From assembly GCA_965204975.1 (NCBI GenBank), contig OZ242024.1, positions 1,092,197 to 1,156,196 of the forward strand: a stretch of 64,000 bases of DNA, written 5' to 3'. The notes beneath the pieces were generated by a model. It searched no databases. It was not told the origin of the DNA and saw only the letters and a list, made by a program, of their open reading frames with translations. A program made the translations under genes and the position numbers. The DNA is from Dehalococcoidia bacterium. GTDB taxonomy: Bacteria; Chloroflexota; Dehalococcoidia; Lucifugimonadales; CAJWER01. Shown here piece after piece: positions 1 through 8,807 of this stretch. Position 1 is the stretch's first letter; each line of letters starts with the position of its first letter.

Positions 1-20
1 CTGCGCGTGGAAGATGTAAT

Positions 21-437
21 ATGACATACCCCAAGACCGTCCGATGGATGGTCGTGTTCTGGCACCCCGACGGCCCGGCGAGAGACGAGGCCCACTTTCC
101 GGACGTGTCGTTCTGGCATACCGACAGGAAGAGCGCCAGGGAAGAAGCCGCCCGCGTGCTGATCGAGCTACGAGAAGAGCGCGGCGACAAACGCGAATGG
201 ACTGCCGCGGGCTTTCCCGACCCCATGGAAGCCGGCGCCGGACCCCATCCCCTGGCACAGTGGGTCCTCCAATACACGGACCTGGGGCGCGACAGCGGCA
301 AGGTATCGGCCACCCGGGCGGAGAACAATGGGAGCAGACGGACGAAGTCGGCCGCCGGCTCCTGGCGCGGCATCATCGATGGCGAGGACTTGAAGCGCAC
401 GCTCTACGAAGCCCGCCGAACCGGATCCCGAACCTAG
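21..437 (+). CDS. hypothetical protein; possible atypical antitoxin partner of the downstream PIN toxin
   Basis: ATG at 21, but the frame is open to the window edge so it may start upstream. It ends 15 nt before the PIN gene. The C-terminal tail SWRGIIDGEDLKRTLYEARR resembles toxin-binding tails of VapB-type antitoxins. The N-terminal ~100 aa shows no RHH/AbrB pattern. Confidence 0.35.
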   Translation: MTYPKTVRWMVVFWHPDGPARDEAHFPDVSFWHTDRKSAREEAARVLIELREERGDKREWTAAGFPDPMEAGAGPHPLAQWVLQYTDLGRDSGKVSATRAENNGSRRTKSAAGSWRGIIDGEDLKRTLYEARRTGSRT

Positions 438-452
438 CCGAATACCCGGCCG

Positions 453-848
453 ATGCGGTATCTGGTGGACACTGATTGGGCCTTCGACTATTTGCAGGGC
501 CGCCAGCCGATAGTTCAGCGTTTCAACGAGCTTTCGCAGCAGGGCATTGGCATGTGCATTGTATCGCTGGCCGAGCTCTACGAAGGGATGACTACCGCGG
601 TAGACCGGCAGGAAGCGAACCAGGGACTCCAGGACTTCCTCGATGACATTGAAGAAGTCGTGCCACTGGACGATGAAGTTTGCTGGATATTTGCCAACGA
701 GCGCCGCCGACTCAGAGCGGCCGGGAACCGCCTCGACGACTTCGATCTGCTGATCGGCTCGACCGCTGTACGTCATAGGCTCACTTTGCTCACGAACAAT
801 CGCAGGCACTTCGAGAGAGTACGAGGGCTGAGTATCGTTTCGGCGTGA
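453..848 (+). CDS. vapC: PIN-domain ribonuclease toxin (VapC family)
   Basis: 131 aa. Acidic N-terminal motif YLVDTD, central SLAELYEG, DDFDLLIGSTA and C-terminal LLTNN, the usual PIN/VapC layout. Confidence 0.85.
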   Translation: MRYLVDTDWAFDYLQGRQPIVQRFNELSQQGIGMCIVSLAELYEGMTTAVDRQEANQGLQDFLDDIEEVVPLDDEVCWIFANERRRLRAAGNRLDDFDLLIGSTAVRHRLTLLTNNRRHFERVRGLSIVSA

Positions 849-936
849 AAGGCTGAGTGTCCATCAGCCCGACCGGTCCATATCGTAGGGCAGCTTTACG
901 ACCAGGGGGCGTCCTGGAGGGATTTCGGCCCAGGGC

Positions 937-1935
937 CTACGGCCAGTCGAGGTTGCCGTTTTGGTAGATGTCCTGGAGGAAGCGGTCGGTGTAGGCGGTG
1001 GTGTAGTCGAAGGCGTTGGGGATGGCCTCGTACTGGAGGAGCATGTCGTAGAGCTTCTGCCACTGGTCTTCGGTCATCCAGCCCGCGCCGTTCTCGTCGG
1101 TGATGGGGCTGATTGAGTCGTCGAGCTCGGTCCGGAGCATGAACTGCTGGTGTTCCCTGCTCTCGTCGGGGGCGTACTCCAGGACGATGTCGACTGCGCC
1201 GTCGGGGTCGTCACGGATGTCCTGCATTGCGCGCATGGTGGCCTTCAGGAAGCGCCTGACGACCTCGGGCTTTTCGTCCACTATGTCGGTGCTCGTGATG
1301 TAGGTGAGGCCGAGGTTGGGGACGCCGTAGGTCTCGGGCTCCCAGGTGTTTACCGAGAAGCCGAGCCGCCTGATGGTGTCGGGCTCGTTGGAGTTGAAGA
1401 CGGCCAGCACGTCGACCTTGCCCTCGGTGAGCACACGGGGATCGAAGCCGACCTTCACCTCGTTGATGGTGGAGCGGTCTACGCCGTTGGCCTCGAGGAT
1501 AGCGAGGTAGTCGGGCGGCACGGAGATCTTGTATCCGAAGGTCTTTCCTTCCCAGTCCTTGGGCGTGTTGATTCCAGAATTGCCCATGGCGGCGTATGCC
1601 TGCTGTCCCTGCTGGCCGAACAGCGCGAACGCGACGATGGGCAAGCCCGGGTCGGAGCGGCGCTTCAGCACGGAGGTGGCGGCGGCAGTGGTGAAGTCGA
1701 CGTCGCCGGACAGGAGCAGCTTCAGGTGCTCGCCGCTCGATGCGTGACGTATCTCGACGTCGAGGCCCTGGTCCTCGAAATAGCCCTTCTCCTGGGCGAC
1801 GTATGCCGCGACGAAGGGCAGGTTGGCCTGGGCGCGGAAGCCGGCCATGAATACGACCTTGTCGGGCTCGCCGGTGCACATGATGCCCGCCCCCAACAGG
1901 GCGACCAGCACGAGCGCCATGAGGGCCCGGGTCAT
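937..1935 (-). CDS. ABC transporter substrate-binding protein, NMT1/THI5-like (SsuA/TauA/ThiY type)
   Basis: Family pattern visible (KVVFMAGF...ANLPF, DVDF, FGYK, VDVLAVFNSNEP). Start moved to the internal ATG, which gives signal peptide MTRALMALVLVALLGAGIMC. The 48 codons upstream in the ORF track are Arg/Pro-rich junk. Confidence 0.85.
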   Translation of the reverse strand: MTRALMALVLVALLGAGIMCTGEPDKVVFMAGFRAQANLPFVAAYVAQEKGYFEDQGLDVEIRHASSGEHLKLLLSGDVDFTTAAATSVLKRRSDPGLPIVAFALFGQQGQQAYAAMGNSGINTPKDWEGKTFGYKISVPPDYLAILEANGVDRSTINEVKVGFDPRVLTEGKVDVLAVFNSNEPDTIRRLGFSVNTWEPETYGVPNLGLTYITSTDIVDEKPEVVRRFLKATMRAMQDIRDDPDGAVDIVLEYAPDESREHQQFMLRTELDDSISPITDENGAGWMTEDQWQKLYDMLLQYEAIPNAFDYTTAYTDRFLQDIYQNGNLDWP

Positions 1936-2002
1936 GGGCGTGGTGGCGGGCTTCCGCCTGACGGCGGCCCACCCCGTCTCGGAGTGCTGCCCGGGCGGCC
2001 TT

Positions 2003-2848
2003 CTATGTCGTGATGAACGATTCATGCCAGAAGAGCACCTTGCGCTCGGCGTATGCCAGGACTGCGGTAAGGGTAACACCGATTATCGCGAGGGTGACGA
2101 CGGCGGCGAAGAGCGTGGGCATGTCGATGTTGTTGTGGGCGACGATTATCACGCTGCCGAGTCCCCTGTCGCCGGTGAACCACTCCCCGACCACCGCGCC
2201 GATCACCGACAGGGGGACGGCGATGCGGAAGGCGGCGAAGAGGTATGGGAGGGCCGAGGGGGCGCGGAGCTTCAGCAGTATTTCCAGGTCGGACGCGTCG
2301 AGGGAACGGAGGAAGTCGAGAGCACCCGGGCTGACCGACCGGAGGCCGATCAGGGTGTTGACCATGACGGGGAAGAAGGTGATGAGGGCGGCTATGAGGA
2401 CCTTTGGGCCGGAGCCGAACCCGAACCAGATCACGAAGAGGGGCGCCACCGCAACGACGGGCGTGACCTTGACGAGCAGGGCTATGGGCAGCAGCGTGCG
2501 CTCGGCTGTCCGCGAGTAGGACATCGCCACACCTAGGGCGACGGCGACGGCCGAGCCGAGCAGGAATCCGCCAGCGGCTTCGACTACCGTGACCGCTCCG
2601 TGGCCGGTGAAGTACCAGGCGTTGCCTGCCAGCTCGGCGGCGACGGCGCTCGGGGCCGGGAAGATGTACGTGGGGACGTTCGCCAGGCGGGTCCACGCCT
2701 CGCATACCACCGCGGCAATGGACAGGGCGATGGCGGGCGGCAGGACGTACCAGGCCAAGGGGCGCAGCGCCGGCCCGCTCGACCTGGGGACAGCCCCGCC
2801 GCGGCCAAGGGGCTCGGCCGCCTGCCGCTCAGTGATCGGGCGCGCCAT
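2003..2848 (-). CDS. ABC transporter permease (nitrate/sulfonate/taurine-type, BPD family)
   Basis: Multi-TM protein with an EAA-like cytoplasmic loop (LRSLDASDLEILLKLRAPSALPY). Overlaps the upstream ATPase gene by 20 nt, operon-like. Confidence 0.85.
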   Translation of the reverse strand: MARPITERQAAEPLGRGGAVPRSSGPALRPLAWYVLPPAIALSIAAVVCEAWTRLANVPTYIFPAPSAVAAELAGNAWYFTGHGAVTVVEAAGGFLLGSAVAVALGVAMSYSRTAERTLLPIALLVKVTPVVAVAPLFVIWFGFGSGPKVLIAALITFFPVMVNTLIGLRSVSPGALDFLRSLDASDLEILLKLRAPSALPYLFAAFRIAVPLSVIGAVVGEWFTGDRGLGSVIIVAHNNIDMPTLFAAVVTLAIIGVTLTAVLAYAERKVLFWHESFITT

Positions 2849-3608
2849 TGGCGGACCCTTCGAGCAACAGGCTTCTCACCCGGGACGAACAGGCGAGGAA
2901 TTCTGGGGTGTCTTCCAGCGATCGCTCCCTTGGGCGCGGGAGCGAGATGTCGACTGCGCCGACTATCCGTCCCGGCCGGCTCGACATTACGACGACGCGG
3001 TCGGAGGTCATCACGGCCTCCGGGACGCTGTGGGTGACCATGACGACGGTGCTCTGGGAGCGCTCCCAGAGGGAGAGCAGGTAGAGGCTCATGTCGGCGC
3101 GGGTGATCTCGTCGAGTGCGCCGAGGGGCTCGTCCATCAGGAGCACGTCCGGGTCCATGGCGAGGGCCCGGGCGAAGGCGGTGCGCTGGGCCATGCCACC
3201 GGAGAGCTGGTGCGGGTAGTGGCCGCCGAATCCGGACAGGCCCACGGCGTCGAGGGTCTCGGCCACCCTCGCCGGGTCGGGCCGTCCGCCGCCGATTTCG
3301 AGGGGAAGGGCGACGTTGCCGCTGACTGTGCGCCACGGCAGGAGCGATGGGTCCTGGAATACGTAGCCGATGTCCCCGTTCCGCCGGTCGGCCGGTCGGC
3401 CTCCTACCTCTATCCGCCCGGCATCGGGCTCGATCAGGCCGCCGATGCACCTGAGCAGTGTGGTCTTGCCGCCGCCGCTGGGCCCCACGACGGACACGAA
3501 CTCGCCGCGCTCGACCTGGAGGTCCACGGAGTAAAGGGCCGCAGTCGTGCCACCATTGCTTCCAAAGGAGTGCGCGAGGCCGCGAACGGATATGTGTGGG
3601 TGTCCCAT
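2829..3608 (-). CDS. ABC transporter ATP-binding protein (SsuB/TauB-like)
   Basis: Walker A GPSGGGKTT, signature LSGGMAQR, Walker B LLMDEP, H-loop VTHS. Confidence 0.9.
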   Translation of the reverse strand: MGHPHISVRGLAHSFGSNGGTTAALYSVDLQVERGEFVSVVGPSGGGKTTLLRCIGGLIEPDAGRIEVGGRPADRRNGDIGYVFQDPSLLPWRTVSGNVALPLEIGGGRPDPARVAETLDAVGLSGFGGHYPHQLSGGMAQRTAFARALAMDPDVLLMDEPLGALDEITRADMSLYLLSLWERSQSTVVMVTHSVPEAVMTSDRVVVMSSRPGRIVGAVDISLPRPRERSLEDTPEFLACSSRVRSLLLEGSANGAPDH

Positions 3609-3711
3609 CGTACGGGGGACATGATACAGGGGTTGGGAGTGCGGGACTAGGTGCGCGGGTTCTTAACCCCACTCGGCTCTCTCACATCATGGTCGTGGTG
3701 GTGAGCACTGG

Positions 3712-3736
3712 CCTTCGACAGGCTCAGGCCGAACGG
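3712..3736 (+). repeat. dispersed intergenic element, copy 1 (core CCTTCGACAGGCTCAGGCCGAACGG)
   Basis: The core TTCGACAGGCTCAGG recurs at 29291, 40490 and 61504, always intergenic and in the same orientation. Confidence 0.6.
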
Positions 3737-3754
3737 TCTTGGCTGGCCGCGGAG

Positions 3755-4153
3755 TTAGCGGGGCTGGAGCCTCAGGGCCTTTTGCCTGCAGATGTCCACG
3801 ACGTGTACCGGCACCCTGCGGACGGCTATGCAGACGAGGGTTGGCACTATGATTATGTCGTCCACGTAGCCGATGACGGGAATGAAGTCGGGCACGATTC
3901 CCAGGGGCCAGATGGCATACCCGAGGGCGGCTCCCAGGAGGACCTTCGAGCTCGTGGGGGTCCTTGGGTCGCGCAGCAGGAGCCTGTAGAAGATCATCTG
4001 CCGGCGAACGTACGCGAGGACGTAGGCGACGGCGAGCACTATGGAGGCCGTCCATTCCTCCCGGCGCACCTTCCAGGGCGTAACCCGAACCCGGCTCCCC
4101 TTCCCTATTTCCGGCATGCGAACCGCTACCACTGCACCCTCCTGAGGGGTCAA
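3755..4153 (-). CDS. DUF1232 (YkvA-like) small membrane protein
   Basis: DFIPVIGYVDD motif flanked by hydrophobic helices. The start is uncertain (alternative ATG at 4117). Confidence 0.7.
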   Translation of the reverse strand: MTPQEGAVVAVRMPEIGKGSRVRVTPWKVRREEWTASIVLAVAYVLAYVRRQMIFYRLLLRDPRTPTSSKVLLGAALGYAIWPLGIVPDFIPVIGYVDDIIIVPTLVCIAVRRVPVHVVDICRQKALRLQPR

Positions 4154-4393
4154 GGAGGGTTAAGGACGCGCGCGCCGGCCGACTCTTCAGTCGACACGCG
4201 CGCCCTGGCTCCCCCCTGAGCCTGAGCAAAGCGGCCCCGGCGATGCCGATGCCGCGAAGCTCGCGGGACAGGTTAGCTACCGGAGACTCCGATCCGAAAG
4301 GTGATATTGGGTTATGTTTCGGAATTCTTTGAGAAAGACACAACACATCCTCGGCGCCAGTCGCTTGGGCCGTTCTTCTAGCGAGCGTGGGAA

Positions 4394-4414
4394 GGGCGGG
4401 TTTGAAACCCGCCC
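4394..4414. repeat. REP-like perfect hairpin GGGCGGGTTT-G-AAACCCGCCC followed by CTACGG
   Basis: 10-bp perfect inverted repeat in a 412-nt intergenic gap. Related units at 4441-4466 and 33989-34014 share the ...CCGCC(C/T)CTAC tail. Confidence 0.6.
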
Positions 4415-4440
4415 CTACGGCGCCGGTTGGTACACGGCGG

Positions 4441-4466
4441 GGGGAGACACAGGTCCGCCTCTACGG
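4441..4466 (+). repeat. degenerate REP-like unit GGGGAGACACAGGTCCGCCTCTACGG
   Basis: Same tail (CCGCCTCTACGG) as the neighbouring hairpin unit, with an imperfect stem. Confidence 0.4.
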
Positions 4467-4565
4467 CGTCGGCTGCGGGGATAGGGATTGGTGGCGTGCG
4501 GCAACGGCTTGTGAGAAAATGGGCGCCGCCAAATCACACACGACATTCACACGCGAGGTGCCAGG

Positions 4566-7500
4566 ATGACTATGACAGGCAGCGTCGATTCCCGACTGCT
4601 GGAGTCTTTGAGGTGGAGGTGCATCGGGCCTCCGAGGGGCGGCCGGGTGGTGGCCGCGGCGGGCGACCCCCGCGATCCGATGGTGTTCTACTTCGGGGCC
4701 GTCGGGGGCGGCGTATGGAAGACGACGGACGGCGGGACGTACTGGGAGCCGGTCAGCGACGACTACTTCAACACCGCGGCGGTCGGTGCGGTCGCCGTGA
4801 GCGACTCGGACCCTAACGTGGTGTACGCCGGGACCGGCGAGGCGTGCATCCGGGGCAACGTGACGCACGGCGACGGCGTCTACAAGTCCACAGACGCGGG
4901 CAAGACGTGGGAGCACGTGGGCCTCACGGACACCCGCCACATTTCGAGGATCAGGATCCACCCGACGAACCCGGACCTCGTCTACGTCGCCGCCCTCGGG
5001 CACGCCTTCGGGCCCAACGAGGAGCGCGGGGTGTTCAGGTCGAAGGACGGCGGCGAGACATGGGAGAAGGTGCTGTACAAGAGCGAGAAGGCGGGGGCCA
5101 TCGACCTGTCGCTGGACGCATCGAACTCTCGGATCATGTACGCAGCGGTCTGGGAGGCGCTGCGGGAGCCGTTCACGTTCACAAGCGGCGGGCCGGACAG
5201 CGGTCTCTACAAGTCGACGGACGGCGGGGACACCTGGACTGACATCACGTGCAACCAGGGGCTGCCCGAAGGCACAAAGGGGAAGATCGGCGTCGCGGCA
5301 TCTCCGGCGAAGCCGGGCCGGGTCTGGGCGATCATCGAGGCGGAGAAGCGGGGGCTGTACCGGTCGGACGACGGCGGCGAGACGTGGGAGCACATCAACG
5401 ACGACGGCAATCTGCTGCAGCGGCCGTGGTACTACGCCCACGTGTACGCGGACCCGCAGGACGCCAATACCTGCTACGTGCTGAACCTGAACATGTGGAA
5501 GTCTACGGACGGGGGCAAGACCTTCACGAGGGTCACCACGCCCCACGGGGACAACCACGAGCTGTGGATCGACCCGCGCAACCCCAAGAGGATGGTCCAG
5601 GGCAACGACGGCGGCGCGTGCGTTTCGTTCAACGGGGGCGAGACGTGGTCGACGATCTACAACCAGCTCACGTCGCAGTTCTACCACCTGACCACGGACG
5701 ACCAGTTCCCCTACCGGGTGTACGCGACGCAGCAGGACAACAGCGCGATCAGCGTGCCGAGCCGGACGAACACGGGCGCGATTCCCTGGTCGGACTGCTA
5801 CGCGGTGGGGAGCTCGGAGAGCGGGCACATCGCAGTCGATCCGAAGGACCCGAACATCGTCTATTCCGGGGCGATCGGCAGCTCGCCGGGCGGCGGCGAC
5901 TCGCTGCTCAGGTACGACCACAAGATCCGCCAGACGCGCATCGTATCGGTGTGGCCGGAGTACCAGTGGGGCACGGGAGTGAAGGACCACAAGTACCGGT
6001 TCCAGTGGACGTACCCGATTGTCTTCTCGCCGCACGACCCCGACGTGCTGTACGTCACGGGTGAGTACGTCTTCCGGTCGGACAACGGGGGCGAGAGCTG
6101 GGAGATCATCAGCCCGGACCTGACGCGGGCCGACGAGTCGAAGATGGAGGCGTCGGGGGGGCCGCTGACCCTGGACACGACGATGGTCGAGCACTACGGG
6201 ACGATCTTCGCGTTCACGGAGTCGCAGCACGAGAAGGGCGTGTTCTGGGTGGGTTCGGACGACGGGCTGGTGCACATCTCGCGGGACGGCGGCGACTCCT
6301 GGGACGACGTGACGCCTGCGGACATTCCCGAGTGGACGCGCATCGACATAATCGAGGTGTCGCCGCACGACCCGGCGACGGCGTATATGTCGGCGACGCG
6401 GTACAAGTGGGACGACACGCGGCCGTTCCTGTACAAGACGAACAACTACGGGCAGACGTGGACGCAGATCACGGGCGGGATCCCGGAGGACGACTTCACG
6501 AGGGTCATCCGCGAGGACCCGGTGAAGCGGGGCCTGCTGTACGCGGGCACCGAGACGAGGGTGTACGTGTCGTTCGACGACGGCGGGTCGTGGCAGGCCC
6601 TGCGTGGGAACATGCCCATCACGCCTATTTCGGACCTGGTGGTGAAAGGCGACGACCTGGTGGTAGCGACGAACGGCCGGTCGTTCTGGATCATGGACGA
6701 CCTGCCGGCACTGAGGCAGCTCTCGGCGGCCGACGCCGAAAGCGAGGCTACGCTGCTGCAGCCGGGGCCCTCTATCAGGGACCCGCATCCGGTGGGCGCA
6801 GGCAGGCCCGGCGGCGAGGGCAAGAACTACATGCTCGGGCTCGGCTACGGGGGCGCATTCTACGAAAAGGCGGGCCCCGACGGCGAGGTGGAGCGGGTGA
6901 TGCTGGACTGCGGCGAGAACCCGCCCAGCGGGGCCGTTGTCCATTACTACCTGAGTGAGAAGCCGGAAGAGGCGAAGCTGACGTTCCTGGACGCCGGGGA
7001 CAACGAGATCCGGTCGTTCTCGTCCAAGAAGCCGGAGGGCGAGGAGTCCGGCACCACGAAGACCGGCAACGTCAAGCAGGGCGAGCCGACGGTCCGCGCC
7101 GAGGCGGGCATGAACCGGTTCATATGGGACACGCGGTACCCGGGCTCCACGAAGCCGGAGATCGACGACGTGGATGTCCACGGCTTCGACGGGCCGGTGG
7201 CACCGCCGGGCACGTACAAGGTACGGCTCGACGTTGGCTCTACTTCTCAGACGCAGGAGTTCGAGATACGCAAGAACCCGGAGGTGGAGGCCACCGACGA
7301 AGACCTGCGCGAGCAGTTCGACCTGCTGATGCGCATACGGGACAAGGTGTCGGAGACCTACGAGGCCGCTAACCGGATCGCCAGAGTGCGCGGCCAGGTC
7401 GACGCCTGGGTGGCGAGGGCGACGGACGACAGCGCGAGGGACGCGGTGTCCGCGGCGGCGGACGAGCTGAAGGGGAAGCTCGACGCGGTGGACGGCGAGA

Positions 7501-7772
7501 TCGTGCAGAGGGACACGCTGGGAGGCGTGGACCGCCTGAGCAAGCCGTCGAAGCTGGACGCGAAGATCAGGGAGGTCGCCTTCGTTCCCGCGAGCGCGGA
7601 GTACAGGCCCACGAAGCAGGCGTACGAGGTGTTCGAGGACCTGTCGGGCCGACTGGACGTACAGTTCAAGGCGCTGCAGGAGATCATCGACAACGACCTG
7701 CCCAAGTTCGTCGACATCATTCACGAGCTGGAGATACCGGCGATCAACCCGCAGTCCGCGGACCGGGGGTAG
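4566..7772 (+). CDS. BNR/Asp-box repeat protein, sortilin/VPS10-like double beta-propeller family (function unknown)
   Basis: 1068 aa with more than 10 S-x-D-x-G-x-T-W type motifs (KTTDGGTYW, KSTDAGKTW, RSKDGGETW, KSTDGGDTW, RSDDGGETW, KSTDGGKTF, RSDNGGESW, SRDGGDSW, SFDDGGSW). No N-terminal signal peptide seen. Confidence 0.85.
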   Translation: MTMTGSVDSRLLESLRWRCIGPPRGGRVVAAAGDPRDPMVFYFGAVGGGVWKTTDGGTYWEPVSDDYFNTAAVGAVAVSDSDPNVVYAGTGEACIRGNVTHGDGVYKSTDAGKTWEHVGLTDTRHISRIRIHPTNPDLVYVAALGHAFGPNEERGVFRSKDGGETWEKVLYKSEKAGAIDLSLDASNSRIMYAAVWEALREPFTFTSGGPDSGLYKSTDGGDTWTDITCNQGLPEGTKGKIGVAASPAKPGRVWAIIEAEKRGLYRSDDGGETWEHINDDGNLLQRPWYYAHVYADPQDANTCYVLNLNMWKSTDGGKTFTRVTTPHGDNHELWIDPRNPKRMVQGNDGGACVSFNGGETWSTIYNQLTSQFYHLTTDDQFPYRVYATQQDNSAISVPSRTNTGAIPWSDCYAVGSSESGHIAVDPKDPNIVYSGAIGSSPGGGDSLLRYDHKIRQTRIVSVWPEYQWGTGVKDHKYRFQWTYPIVFSPHDPDVLYVTGEYVFRSDNGGESWEIISPDLTRADESKMEASGGPLTLDTTMVEHYGTIFAFTESQHEKGVFWVGSDDGLVHISRDGGDSWDDVTPADIPEWTRIDIIEVSPHDPATAYMSATRYKWDDTRPFLYKTNNYGQTWTQITGGIPEDDFTRVIREDPVKRGLLYAGTETRVYVSFDDGGSWQALRGNMPITPISDLVVKGDDLVVATNGRSFWIMDDLPALRQLSAADAESEATLLQPGPSIRDPHPVGAGRPGGEGKNYMLGLGYGGAFYEKAGPDGEVERVMLDCGENPPSGAVVHYYLSEKPEEAKLTFLDAGDNEIRSFSSKKPEGEESGTTKTGNVKQGEPTVRAEAGMNRFIWDTRYPGSTKPEIDDVDVHGFDGPVAPPGTYKVRLDVGSTSQTQEFEIRKNPEVEATDEDLREQFDLLMRIRDKVSETYEAANRIARVRGQVDAWVARATDDSARDAVSAAADELKGKLDAVDGEIVQRDTLGGVDRLSKPSKLDAKIREVAFVPASAEYRPTKQAYEVFEDLSGRLDVQFKALQEIIDNDLPKFVDIIHELEIPAINPQSADRG

Positions 7773-7983
7773 ACGGGAGGGCGGATCGGCTTGAGGGCCT
7801 AGATGGCGCGAGCGTTGAGCGAGCGTTTACGGGTTGCGGGGTGAAGGCCGGGCACGCTTGGCCTACACCCCCTTTGCCTAACCCTCTACGGAGATACTTG
7901 CATTATTCGCCGAGAGAAGAAGCACCGGTGCTCCTCACCACGCAAGTCAAGCTGGCCCTCGCCCCCTTCCGCCCCTCTGGGTT

Positions 7984-8002
7984 CCCCGTATCGAGTACGG
8001 GG
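7984..8002. repeat. intergenic hairpin CCCCGTA-TCGAG-TACGGGG followed by GCAGGCTCTGCC
   Basis: 7-bp perfect stem in the 282-nt gap upstream of the rhomboid gene. Confidence 0.4.
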
Positions 8003-8054
8003 CAGGCTCTGCCTTCGCAGGAACGACGTGGTTAGGCTCTGCGGTGGGACGTAG

Positions 8055-8792
8055 GTGATTCCGCTATTCGATCCTGACATCGTTCGGCGCGGCACTCCAG
8101 TCGTGACGATCGGATTCATCGCTGTGAGCGTGCTGGTGTTCATCTACCAGCTCTCGCTGGATGACTTCGGCACGTTCGCGTTCACCCACAGGTTCGGCGT
8201 CATCCCGTCGGAGCTGCTGGGCGGGGAACAGATCGAGACCCTGGTGGTCAGGAGCGGGTTTGCGGCCTACAGGGTAGACGTCGCCACACCCATCCCGACG
8301 TGGGGAACGGTCTTCACCTCCATGTTCATGCACGGCGGGTTCATGCACCTGGCGGGCAACATGGTGTACCTGTGGGTGTTCGGGAACTCGATGGAGAGCC
8401 GCATGGGGTCGCCCGTGTTCGCGGTCTTCTACCTGGCGGCGGGAGTGGGCGCAGTATTCGCGCAGGCGGTCACCAATTCCTCCAGCACGATACCGATGGT
8501 CGGCGCAAGCGGGGCGGTGGCCGGCATCCTGGGCGCGTACCTGGTGCTCTACCCGACTAGCCGCATCGACACACTGGTGATGGTGGGAATCATCACCAGC
8601 ATCCGGGTGCCCGCGTACATCCTGTTGGGGATCTGGCTGTTCCTCCAGCTGTTCAACGGGCTGGGGTCGCTGGGGCCTGAGGTCGCGAACACGGGAGGGG
8701 TGGCCTATTTCGCGCACATCGGGGGATTCGTGGTGGGGGTTGCCGTAGGGGGGCTCTACAGGTTGTCGGCGAGCCGGGAAGGCGGCGAATGA
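8055..8792 (+). CDS. rhomboid family intramembrane serine protease
   Basis: GTG start. Multi-TM. HGGFMHLAGNM, catalytic GASGAVAG and HIGGF motifs. Confidence 0.85.
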   Translation: MIPLFDPDIVRRGTPVVTIGFIAVSVLVFIYQLSLDDFGTFAFTHRFGVIPSELLGGEQIETLVVRSGFAAYRVDVATPIPTWGTVFTSMFMHGGFMHLAGNMVYLWVFGNSMESRMGSPVFAVFYLAAGVGAVFAQAVTNSSSTIPMVGASGAVAGILGAYLVLYPTSRIDTLVMVGIITSIRVPAYILLGIWLFLQLFNGLGSLGPEVANTGGVAYFAHIGGFVVGVAVGGLYRLSASREGGE

Positions 8793-8807
8793 GGCGAGGG
8801 ATTCCCT

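Noticed and set aside
168-809. 213-aa ORF antisense to the vapC region
   Set aside because: It overlaps two same-strand genes that have a proper toxin-antitoxin arrangement. It has no motif and shadow-ORF composition.
4461-7724. 1087-aa ORF fully antisense to the 1068-aa BNR-repeat gene
   Set aside because: Its translation is a low-complexity Arg/Val/Pro/His/Leu-rich string with no motifs, whereas the sense strand shows repeated Asp-boxes. Long stop-free antisense frames are expected when GC3 is very high. No independent SD or start context supports it.
7921-7932. 12-nt perfect palindrome AGCACCGGTGCT as an operator site
   Set aside because: Perfect 12-nt palindromes are expected by chance roughly a dozen times in 64 kb. 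There is no second copy or partner regulator nearby. It is mentioned only within the repeat-rich gap finding.
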